Shown here piece by piece: positions 51,061-61,813 of a stretch of DNA of 64,000 bases. The stretch lies in NCBI GenBank assembly GCA_030704615.1, contig CM060733.1, positions 15,872,001 through 15,936,000 of the forward strand, in the 5' to 3' direction. The position numbers and the translations under genes were made by a program. Numbering within the stretch: position 1 is the stretch's first letter; the number at the start of each line of letters is the position of its first letter. The stretch is from Takakia lepidozioides. Its lineage: Eukaryota > Plantae > Bryophyta. Under the pieces are notes generated by a model. It had not been told where the DNA came from. It ran no database searches and was given only the letters and a program-made list of their open reading frames with translations.

Positions 51061-52760
51061 TTTTGTTGGGGAGCCTCTTCAATGCTGTTTGTGCATGCCG
51101 TTGCAGGGGGCCGGATTCTCCTTTGCAGAGATTCCTCAATTTGGCTCTGCCACTCCCATTTCACTACCGTCAATTCCCTCCTCCTGCAATCTCAATTTGA
51201 AAGGTTCAGCCGCACGTCCTTTGGCAGAGAAGACAGTTGACATTTTATACCAACCGGTAGATTCCACAACATGATGAAAAGTTACACTCAACAGCAAACC
51301 ATTTAAAAGCCATCACGATGTTTCCCATCATAACTAGAATCTTTTCAACAAGACACTGAGAGAAATGACCAAAATCGACTCAAACAACGACATCCTGGAA
51401 AACGACCTGTCTCTACAGTTCGTGTGTGTGTAAGGAATCAGAGGACGTACGTGGAATTCCAATTTTCACGATTGACGACGTTGTGATCTTGGGCATATGG
51501 TTGAATGTGTATGAAATGTGTGCATTGAAGTGTGAACAACCTGACTACAAGGCCAAAACCTGCGCCACTTGTCTTAGGCCATCTCCAAATCACGTTTCGG
51601 CGGACAATCCCGTTCCGTTGCCGTGAAATTGCACCGTGGCGGGAAGGGAGTCCATTTGTGTGGCTCTATCACCATGGCGGGAAGGGGAGCATGTTAAAAA
51701 TGGAGCATTGCCCTGCCTTTTCACTCATTTGATGTTTGTAGCTTCTTCCACCATCTTTCTTACTTAATTCTGATTCTTGCAATGCTGCCCTTGAGACGGC
51801 AACTGCAAGTGACCGGATCCTTTGATCGTCGCATTCAAAGACACTTACGTGTAGCAGATCGTAGACCCCCAAATGCCTGGAGAGAAAGCCAGAGGGCAGT
51901 CAATGCATGCACGGTTGTTTTGCACTGGTTGGGACGGAGTGGGGTGCAGAGGATGCGTGCTGTGCCCGAGTTCGCATGCCTAGCATCCTGCAGCCGGCGG
52001 CTTTTGCACGTTGGGCAGCAGTACCCTCTGTTGTATGATTACCATTTGTGGTATAGACTCACCGGCCTCCCCTGTCCACTTGGGTCTTGGGACAGCGACT
52101 TATGGAGTATGTAGACAGAGTTGCATGTCGCGCAGGTACACCAAAATCTCCCATGTAACATAAACCCATTTCTCATTCATGCTTGCATGTGATCCACGGG
52201 GTAATTTCCATGTTCTCCCAGCTGATGTGGGTTCACAAATTCTCGGTGTGTAGGTGTGTGTGTGAGGACCTGGTGCGATGGGTGTCGAATGGACCCTTCT
52301 CTGCGATGGGAGAACCACTACAGTTGAGTTTGTTTTTGCTGAATCATTTGGTAGAGCACTGTGTTCACTTCTCACACATCATGCGCATTTTCTCCAAGAA
52401 TGCATGTAAAGCAGAGCCATACACGGCATCATTGCAGTGTGTTTCCTTCGCTTAATTTTGAACGAAAAAAGTTAACGGATCCATGTCAGTTGTGTGAATC
52501 ACTACATCTAGTTGTCTGGAGGATTGTAAGTGGTTTAGGGTTTAACGTCTCAAAGTCGAAAAGGCCATAGTGTCGGATGCACGACACGTGTTCATATTTG
52601 AAATCAACAATGGCCGGATCTTCACTACAGATCGGGGGGGTGTGTGATCACACTCCCCTCCTTGTCCTTCTTTCCTCCTTTGCGTGTCTTGGTCTTCCTC
52701 GCTCGTCTTTGTCTTGGTCATGGTCTATGTCCTCACTCGTCTTCATCTTTGTCATGGTCT

Positions 52761-53060
52761 ATGTCCACGCCTAGTAAGAAGCGCTCGACCGCCGAGGCAG
52801 CATCACCTCCTCCCACTTCTGCACATTCCAGCCCCGCGGTGCGAAGGAGCCCCCGCCTGGCTCGACTGAATCCGGTACAGATGGCGTCGGTGCGAGAGGG
52901 AAGGCAGAGCGGTGGGCGGTCTTCGAGTTCGGATTTTGACACAAGCGAGTATAGCATGGGCGACGACGATGAGGTGGAGGACAGTTCGGAGGAAATTGCA
53001 CCTCCATCTGCAGAGTCTCTCCAAAAGGTGCGCAAACGGCACAAAACTGCTGCGCATGAG
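52761..53060 (+). CDS. First exon of an unknown gene (basic/Ser-rich and acidic, RRSPRL motif); downstream exons not found
   Basis: ATG at 52761, 100 open codons (MSTPSKKRST...VRRSPRLARL...DDDEVEDSSEE...KVRKRHK), then donor GTGAGT at 53061; a LINE fragment follows. Confidence 0.45.
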
Positions 53061-53109
53061 GTGAGTTCTACCCCTACTTGTGTTCTTGTTTTCTGGGCGT
53101 TGAGTTCTC

Positions 53110-53790
53110 CTGAAACTGAAACTGGGATGCACATATCCATAAAGTTGTTCAAACGGATGTCGTAGTATACAGGGCAGTAGAAGAAGAAGTGTTCCTCAGT
53201 TTCAATTTCCTTGTTGCGCCCTATGCAAGCTGGACATAGGCGGTCCTCCCGTTGCAGGTTTTCCCATCTGCCAGTCTCTATCCGTAGGTTGTGGGAACCC
53301 ACCCTGAACCGCCCCAATGCCCTCAAGAGGGAAGGAGGTAAGGGTGCTGAAAGGTAATTTGATCTGAAGATTCTATCATCGCGGAGCACCAAGAATGTCT
53401 CTCGATAGAAGTGGAGCTTTGTTGTGAGATTGGGTAGCATCCAAGTTCTCTTGACATGTAATTCCATAAGCTCTCTCCGAATGAGTCTGTTGCGGTCATG
53501 TCTGGATGTGATGTCCACCTCATGTGGGTTTATTGGTAATTGGAAAGCAGTAGAAAGTCCGTTACGTTTCAATAAATTGTCCACTCCAGCATACCAGGAG
53601 TTCCCGAAACCTGCAGCTTTGGGGGCTGCTATTTCATGAGCCATGAGCCATGAGCGGCATGAGCCATGAGCAGAGTCGTAAGCGTGGAAAAAAACATGAG
53701 CAGCACTATTTTCCGGAAATGAGTGTCCGCGGGCATAGGGTTTAGGGTGCCACGGTCATAGGGGGAGAAGGACCTCCCGATGAAGGAGGT
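53110..53790 (-). mobile_element. RTE-like LINE-derived element, internally deleted, with (CAGTTT)n tail
   Basis: NSWYAGV...RALGRFRVGSHNLRIETGRW...DRLCPAC...IETEEHFFFYCPVYYDIR, followed directly by a 3'-end-like sequence and CAGTTTCAGTTTCAG; (GCTCATG)n at 53634-53670. Confidence 0.8.
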
Positions 53791-54083
53791 TCGGCAATGT
53801 TATTTAGAATTATATATTGAAAGGCAATGTTTCGCGAATGGTAGGGTGGTACGGCTCTGTACAATGGGGGCCCATTTCAGCCTACCAGCCACTTGCAAAA
53901 TCCACCCACACTCCCAATCCCAAACGAAATGAGCAATGACGCATTCTAGGAACGATGGACACAGAATAGAATAAAAAGAGGGCACAATGAGGTTTTTATT
54001 GATCCACATGAATTGCATTTGAAGCACGTCTGCTGTGCTGATTGTGCAATCAAATCTTTAGCCCTGTGCCTACTGAATACAAG

Positions 54084-54794
54084 TCACGTTGTCAATGGGA
54101 CTTCGACTACTCTCAGAACTAGCTCATGGGTCATGGGGCTCCTCCATGTAAAGTCGATTGCAGCCGTTGTACCGCCCCTAGTGATGTTCACCACAATGTC
54201 CTGCCCTTCAATCATACCACCATCGAAAATGGAAATCTTCACGTTTTCGTCGTCCACACCAATGCGAATGTCCCCATACAATGGAGAAGAGGAGCGCACT
54301 CCTTGAGGAGAATAGGTCTCTCCGATGGAGTCCACCCACGTCCAGTGGCAGCAATTCCACCGCAACAGCATAGCAGTGCGCCTTCTTCTGCATGGTTGAC
54401 CGTCGTAGCTGGGAAAATCGGAATCGAGGATGCGCAGGAGCCACGGACTCCTCAGACCAAGATCGTCACCCCGCTCGAAGGCGTAGTGGCCTACGATATA
54501 CTCAAAAGCCACCAATGTTTCCACAATCGAACCAGTATCTTCTGTGTAATCTGTGTACCAGATAACAATGTCTCCCGATGTGGCCGAATACATTGCATAA
54601 TCGATGCCTCCAAATGGGCAGTCGTCCCGGTTCCGGAAGCACGGCATCCATGCAAAGGAGGACCTGAGGACAACTTGGATGCAGATGACAATGACCTTGC
54701 GGACAGCTACGAAGCCCTTAGATTTTGGAAATGATGCGAAGCGGAAGAGCAGTCCGGCCTCCAATAATGGAGCATCTGGGTCCCACGTACCCAC
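54084..54794 (-). CDS. Unknown protein, paralogue A of a head-to-head pair (start uncertain)
   Basis: 236-aa ORF sharing DYAM, SGDI, FERG, SPW, RWNCC, YGDIR, DGG, DIVV, ELVLR and EVP with 55171-55746. Confidence 0.75.
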   Translation of the reverse strand: MGTWDPDAPLLEAGLLFRFASFPKSKGFVAVRKVIVICIQVVLRSSFAWMPCFRNRDDCPFGGIDYAMYSATSGDIVIWYTDYTEDTGSIVETLVAFEYIVGHYAFERGDDLGLRSPWLLRILDSDFPSYDGQPCRRRRTAMLLRWNCCHWTWVDSIGETYSPQGVRSSSPLYGDIRIGVDDENVKISIFDGGMIEGQDIVVNITRGGTTAAIDFTWRSPMTHELVLRVVEVPLTT

Positions 54795-54857
54795 CGACGG
54801 AGGTGGATGAACCCATACATCTTTCTCATCAAGAAGTTATAGTTTGAGATCTGCCAC

Positions 54858-54921
54858 CGAAGTCCATCCCCCCGGATGGAAATTCGGCGCCGCATTTACA
54901 TCGAAGAGGGGATGGACTTCG
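54858..54921. promoter_or_regulatory. ~64-bp imperfect palindrome centred on a copy of the 22-bp motif, between the divergent paralogues
   Basis: CGAAGTCCATCCCC ... GGGGATGGACTTCG outer stem around GGAAATTCGGCGCCGCATTTAC (54878-54899). A regulatory role is inference. Confidence 0.55.
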
Positions 54922-55055
54922 TCGTGTCCAGTGGCTATCGGCCCACCTGGCAGTGAGTGCCCATAGTTTGCATGGCAGGGTAGGAAACTGAAACGGCTAC
55001 ATTCATGAAGCAGCCAATCTTCATCGGTCCAGGATTCTGTAGGGGGGAAATTTAA

Positions 55056-55746
55056 ATGTGCCCTGGAGTGTTTGTGACGAATTGCAGCGTTAGCTTGAAC
55101 TTTTTCCAGCCACCGCGCTGCTCCTCCTCCATCCGGGAGCTGCTGTCATTGAGCGTACACCGCTACTCTTTTGTGCCGCCGAAATCCAGCCGACTACCCT
55201 TATCATGGCCACGATTATGCTATGTTCAAACCAGAATCAGGAGACATCATTGTCTGGCTCTCTGTTTTCACAGACGCTGCTGGAATCAAGCAAGAGTCTT
55301 TGCGCGCAATGGAGTATCTGGAGGGCTATTACCGCTTTGAGCGAGGTGAGGGCGAGGGTCAATGCAGTCCGTGGGTCCTGAAAATTGTTGACCTCGATAT
55401 ACCAAGCTGGAAAGGGATGTCGGACAGATCACGCACGGCCTCGCTTTGGCGCTGGAACTGCTGCCAGTGGACCAGGGAGGACGGCACCGGGGAAAACTAT
55501 ATACGTGCAGATCACTCCGCTCTTCCAGTGTATGGAGACATTCGGCTGAGTTGCGAAGACGAATCGCACGGGCACATGAGGCCCACAGTGACCTTGTCAA
55601 TGTATGATGGTGGTATCATTGATGGACATGACATTGTCGTCGGCTCCAGCAAGGGCAGCAGAACGACCGAATTGCAGTTTACCTCGAGGTGCCGCAGCAG
55701 TGATGAGCTTGTTTTGAGGGGTATCGAAGTTCCGTCGACTTGGTGA
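55056..55746 (+). CDS. Unknown protein, paralogue B (ORF 55171-55746; N-terminus probably from ATG 55056 across a frameshift at ~55168)
   Basis: Colinear with paralogue A over ~175 aa, roughly 45% identical by eye; both stop three residues after EVP. Confidence 0.7.
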
Positions 55747-56001
55747 AGCCCATGTAGAAGGAGGAAGGGCTTAGTTTTGTCTGCAGTTGGTAAATGTGAG
55801 ACATCGTGTCCGATCAATAAACCCATCGTACCTCACTTCTGTATGATTGTGTTTCATTCTGTTGAATAACTGTCGGAATTGGCCCACTGTTTACAATTTG
55901 ATGTCTCATTTCTACAATGTGTCTGTCCGGATGAATATAGCAGAGTAACCGGTATGTGAGTCATGTGTCAAGAATATACCAGAGTAACGCCATGTCGGAC
56001 A

Positions 56002-56767
56002 TTGAATGCGGCACCGCATTTCTATGTCGGCATCGAAATGCGGCACCGCATTTCCATGTGGGACAATGAAATGCGGCACCGCATTTCCATGTGGGACAAG
56101 GAAATGCGGTGCATCATTTCCGTCCAGGTACACGAAATACCAACACGGGTCTATAAATTGGACAGACAACGAGGTTGGCATTGCAAATGCGGCGACGCAT
56201 TTCCAGCTTGGCAATGGAAACTTCTTTTTGGACAGGGAATGCGGTGCCGCATTTCCGTCCAACACTTCGAAAAGTGTGACATTTCCGACCAGCGCGATGG
56301 AATGCGTTACCGCATTTCCGTGAGAGGGTCTGCAAATGGACAAATTGCGATGTCCGTTCTGGAAATGCGGCGCCGCATTTCCATGTCCGTCATCGACTTT
56401 TTTTTACAATGGAATGCGGTGCCAATTTTTGCTGATGGGCCTGCAGTTCGAACAACGACCATCCCCAATATGGAAATGCGGCACCGCATTTTCAATTCCA
56501 CCATCTCGACCTCCTTGTTCGACCTCCTTGTTCGACCTCTGTAAGCGTGGTGGCATCCATGCAATGAGCGGGAGAGGCCAAAACTGGCGTGTGGACAAAG
56601 GAAATTTTGGAAATGCGGCACCGCATTTCAATCGGCCGATTACTTTTTACTATGCCAACATTGAAATGGAAAATTTAGTCCCTCCCCTGTTTTGGAAATG
56701 CGGTGCCGCATTTCCAAAAGAGGTTCTTAGAGTTGCCAAAATTTTGGAAATGCGGTGCCCCATTTCT
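56002..56767. repeat. Array of ~13 palindromes GGAAATGCGGYRCCGCATTTCC downstream of the ParB-MTase-like gene
   Basis: Starts at 56002, 56034, 56067, 56100, 56183, 56235, 56298, 56361, 56410, 56472, 56609, 56694, 56746. Confidence 0.92.
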
Positions 56768-56903
56768 GATTTTGGGAGCGTCGTGGTTTGAGCGATTGTG
56801 TGGCTGGAATGCACACTGGAGAGGGGTCACGAATGTCTGGCAGAATTTCCTTTATATACTCTGGAAGAGAATTTACATTTACAGAGACTTCATTAAAATT
56901 CTA

Positions 56904-59900
56904 TTAATCTTGAAAATCATCCGAATCCTCATCCTGTTCTAGACTGTCCTGCTCCGCCTCCACCCCCTCAGTGCCTTTCTCATCTCCAGCGGACTGCTCG
57001 TTGGCCAGGCTTTCGAAAATCCCATCTTCCCCTTGCGGAACTGTCCATCTCACCTCCGTTGGGTCGTCTTCCTCCCTGTCTGCGTCGCTCTCATCCGCTG
57101 AATCACATATGTACTTTCGTACCCGTCTACCTGTCTGAGCTGCTGCCAACTCTTTCCTTATCCTTCTGTCCTCCCTAGCCCTCTCCAAAATCTGCTCTAC
57201 TTTACTGGGATTCTCACTTCTTCTAATCGCTGTATTTGCGAGTTTAGCTGCATAACTAGGAAGGGAGTAGTCCCTCACCGGGCTCGTCATGAAGTCGGCC
57301 CTCGCAAAGAACGGGACATTCTTCCTGGCAGGAAGTGTAGGCCCTACATGTTTCGACCCGGACCCTGCAATCCTGCACATGACAATCATCAACGAGACGA
57401 GAACCACAGTCGGGAAATTCGTTTGACATAAATGACCCAGAAGGCTTTGCAAACTTACAATGTTTGCACTCACTCGTATTCCGGGTTCTCCTCCGCATCA
57501 ATGTCCACTGTGTCTTCCTCGGACTCCGACGAATCCGAGGAGACTTCCGCTCTGTCGGGAGCCTTAACATTCCGTTGCAGCCCTTCCAGATGGGATCCCC
57601 ACACGGATGAATCCTCCTCGTAGGCAAAGAGGTGCCGGTCGGAAAACCGCCCAGCCCACATTGAGGCACCTGTTACAATGCCATCCACACATTACCACAT
57701 GGCGCTTCAGATGTTGCGAACTACATCCTAACGAGAATTTGCAGAACAGCATAGATCAAGATTCTGCATACCTGTCCCACAGATGAGGTCGAGCACTGTG
57801 CCCTCCACGTCTGTGCATGTCTCCATAATTGTCTGAATGAAGGCAGGGCTCCGAGTCCGTGAGTACCGCAGGGGTTCCGTTGAAGTGAGGCTATGAGGGA
57901 GAAGTTCCTTGGGAACGTTGTTGAACAGAACGTCGTAATCGAGTGGGTCGCAGTTCGGGTCAACCTTTCCTCCCTCCTTCCGGAAAGCAAAGGTGGAGTT
58001 CTCCTTCACAAAGCAGTATGCATCGAACTGCTTCGTCTGCATACACAGGGGGAAAACGATTAGAAACCGAATGCGGCACCGCATTTGAAAACACCCAAGC
58101 AAATGAATGGACGAGTGCCAGTGTCGTAATCACCTTCTTCCCTTCCGACCGAAGGCCCAGTGTGTTGATGCACGTCCACTTCTTTTTCAGAATCGGGACG
58201 GCGCTCTTGCGGGTCCACTTCGCAATTCCTGTCTGAGTGTTTTTTCCTCTGCTCGCCAGGACAACCACACAGCCTCTGTCGTCCAACACCATGCGGGCAA
58301 GCCCGAATCCTTTCTTCCAAAAGTCCTCCGAGTACCTGTTCCAAGATGGCAAAGCTTGCAGTCCTTCCACAGGCTCTCCGTCCGGAATATCCAAGATGAT
58401 CATATCGCAAGACCACTCGGTGGCATTTCCGCCCCTCCTACAATCCTTGTCTGCACACACCCTCTCAAAGAACGAGACCATATTCTGAAATCCTGGGGTG
58501 TCGGAAGGCTCTTCGGCAGTCGCCTTCTTCAGTGCTCTGCCCTTCAGACCCTCCATGGTCTTCATGTATGCCAACTTGGCTGCCCGTCCATCCAAAGCCG
58601 CCAAGAAACTCTCATTTACACACTGGACTACTGTTTCGGGAGCCACTTTCGGCCTCTTCATTTCCACCGGCTCGAAAGGGTGCCCCCCTGGGGGGTTGAA
58701 GAGTGCCTTCTTTGCCGAGCCAGTTCTCGTGCCTCTCGTGACAACGGTGGGCACAGGGGAGGCAGCCTGCGTTTGGGGGGTGGGCTGGTTGCAAAGTCTC
58801 CATCGGAGTCCTCTTCCTCACCCTCTTCCTGAACAGGCTGTTTCTGCTTCTTCGTTTTGGCGGGTGTCACAACAGCTGCTCCTTGCTGGCGAGTCCTCTT
58901 CTTCGACCCCTTCTGTTGGGCCTGCACAGCTGCATCCACCGTCTTTTGTGCCATCTCAGCTGCCTTTCTGGATTCTTCCAGAGCAGCAGATTCCTTTGCC
59001 GACTTTGGCCCAGCAGGGACACGTCTTTCCTTTCTCTTCTCTTCTGCCAAGGCGTGCAGATCTTTCTCAGACTCGTCAACAATACCGCCAGACATGTCCA
59101 GGTACCACGGGCATCCAACGAGATGCGCGGGATGCCATTGTTTCTGCATCTCGGGTGTGTAGACACAGCTTGGGCCCGCCACGGTCCAAGCCATGAAGAA
59201 CGGGGGCTCTTGAGCCAGGGCCCCTGTCTGAAGGAGCACGTATTTCATATACCTGCAAGGCAGTCAGCATGCGTGAGCAAAAGTTGAGACCAACCTACTC
59301 GCAGAGTGCCACCGAAAACATAAAATGCGAATGCGGTGCCGCATTTCCGAGACAAACCTCGTAACCAGGCTTCGCATACAAGGGCAGCTGTGCTTCACCT
59401 GTAAACAATTCGCATTGCAGCTTTCCCCGCTCCCTCCTGATGTGTAAACTCCACGCTCCTTCTTGCTGTCTGTAGCTCTCTGGCGAAAAGGTTGTCCTTG
59501 TACGCACATCTGAAACGTGTCACGTAGTCTTCCAATGTCTGTGTTCCATCCCATTTGACGTACAAGCCGAACGAATTTGTGTGCATTACGACTTGCTCCT
59601 TCGCATTCGACATTACCTGCGATTCCCAAATGCATTGTCACGTAGCAGTTCAGGGAATTCATGTCAGAAAAGCAAATCTGGGGAAGTACCTTGAATTACC
59701 TGGAACCACCAAGTCATACGGTTGAGCCACACATCCACTGCAGGGTCGGAAACTTCCAGTGGAAAAGACCACATTGTCCTTATGCTCTCGGATGCATTCC
59801 AGATCGACAGCCACCGTGTCTGCCATTTCCGATCCAATGTCAGGAGCTGGAAGAGAGTGGCTATTGCTAGGAAGGAACTTCAGTGCATTGAAACCTCACC

Positions 59901-61813
59901 TTCTCTTTCGCCTCCACACATGCCGTTGAGAGGTGATGCAGTTTCTCCAATTGCATGGTCGGCTGCATGGCCCGAGAATAGTGTTTTGCAATCTCGGGGA
60001 TGAAGTCCTTTCCAAGTGCCGGATCTGCAATTGCCACCAGCTTCACAAGCTTTGACTTGTATTTGGTTCTGGACTTGACACCGGCTTCCTTCAAGTGCTC
60101 AGTCAATGACTGCAACGTTTTGACCTGCCCCTCACTTTCCATGAAGAAGCGTTTGGCATGGGCCAAATCCAGCTTGATGTTTGACTGCCAACAAAAACAT
60201 GCAGAAGCGTTACATTCGATTCATGTGGAAACATTACTGAAAATTGGGGAAGGATGAGCAGAGGGAAATTGGAGGACGACTTACTTCGTATATCACCTCC
60301 ACCATTCCATCCATAGTGAGACGATACCATGTCCGGTCTGTTTTTGCAACGGCTTTCTGAATGAGCTCGGGCTCCAGCATTTCCGCAAACATCTGCGGAT
60401 CAGTGAGACCAGTTTTCCTCACCCTGTACAGCATATGTGCCATGTGGGTATGCACGTACGCATTCTCAGTGACCCTGCAAGGCACACTCTCCAGTTCAGT
60501 ACACGGAAGCACGGAAACAAACCAGAATGGAAACCGAAATGCGGCACCGCATTTCGAACGTGCTAGGGAGGGTATGAGTATCTTACGAGTTGAGGTCCGC
60601 CATGGCATTCTTGAGCAGGGAGGAGTCTGCCGCCTTCACCTTGAGGATGACACACTCCACCATGTAATGCCAGCCAATGTGCTTGGCATGGTTCTGCTTG
60701 ATGTACTCCCACCAGGCGAGAAGTCGGTGATTCCCGTCCCACACAAAGAACATTTTACCCGACATATGGCCGAAGTCTGGATCACCCTTCAGCGTCGCCT
60801 CGAATTCGTCGTTGCGAGTGTGCCAGTGGGTATCCCACGTTGACAATTCATCGGCAGTGGGTCCACGAGTTTCGCCGTCCTCATTCTCAATGGAAACGTA
60901 AAACGCTGCCGATCCCAGACGGTACCCTTCTCGAAATGCGAACTTGAGCTTATCCACATCTCCGGGAAGGGCCTGCCTGACGATGGGAAGGGAGACCATG
61001 CGACAGAGTGGGATTCGAAGAGTCCGCTGGAATACCCTGCTGCCCAGAACTCTGCCAATGCTACTGTGTGTCTCCTCCAACATTTTATCCGCTGCACTTT
61101 TGAAATCCTCCGGAGACATGTCTGTAGGTGCCGGTAGTGGCTGAGCAGCTGGAGCATCCTCAACTGGAGCTGCACTCTGGGGCCTGTGTGCGGGCAATTC
61201 TGCCATTGCAGAGGCCTCCTCCGGGCCTGCTTGCTCATCGGTGGTGAGGTCTTGCTGCGAACGTTGAGCGGCAGCACCCTCCTCCGGTACCAAATCGAGA
61301 TCAACGGTCGATCCCATTGCCTTCGCTGCAGCAGAGTCGGCCCCAACATCTGCAGGCGGGAAATCCTCCAGGAACTGAGCTTCAGCTCGTGGAAGCGGTT
61401 TTGCGGGAGATTGTTCGGCCGTCGCCCTGATTGCCTTCTGCTTCCTCATCCTTGCAGGTGAAGGTGTCTGCTGCAATTGAATCTGTCTTTACCCTGCTGC
61501 TTCATTCGCGTTGGGGGGGGTGAATCGGCCTGAGCCGGTTCAGAAGCCAGTAGAGGGACGGGCTGCTTCTTCTTCGACTTTGCTGGAGAAGGGCCCGACC
61601 CCTGCTGGCGATTCTCCATGACCGAAGAACGCGAGTCGATCTCTGGGGCTTTGAACTTGCCCTTCGAAGCCGCGTCTTTGAATCGCACAGGGCTAGGCCC
61701 GGCAGGAATACCCGCGCTCGGGGATCGGGTGGGTGTACGTGCTGCAGCTAGCTCCTCGGACTCTTCCTGCGGCTCTTCGGATTCCTGCGATCCCTCCAGC
61801 ACGTCCACCTTTC
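56904..61813 (-). CDS. Spliced gene with a ParB/Srx-like domain and a beta-class N6A/N4C DNA-methyltransferase-like domain (two frameshifts; 5' end unresolved)
   Basis: Exons 60587-61813 (frameshift ~61488), 60285-60474, 59900-60184, 59700-59819, 59399-59616, 58134-59252 (frameshift ~58770), 57772-58036, 57474-57669, 56904-57372; GT-AG with consistent phases. ParB-like: IPLCRM..VRQALPGDVDKLKFAFREGY...FFVWDGNHRLLAW. MTase-like: CDMIILDIPDG...LARMVLDDRGCVVVL...TRSPAFIQTIMETCTDVEGTVLDLICGTG|ASMWAGRFSDRHLFAYEED. Confidence 0.72.

Noticed and set aside
52733-53644. 303-aa ORF as a single gene
   Set aside because: It is a chimera of a LINE C-terminal fragment reading through into the antisense of the 52761-53060 exon.
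55912-56942. Overlapping ORFs rich in MRHRIS / KCGAAFP / GNAAPHF (also 62254-63818)
   Set aside because: These are translations of the stop-free 22-bp palindrome in all frames, not proteins.
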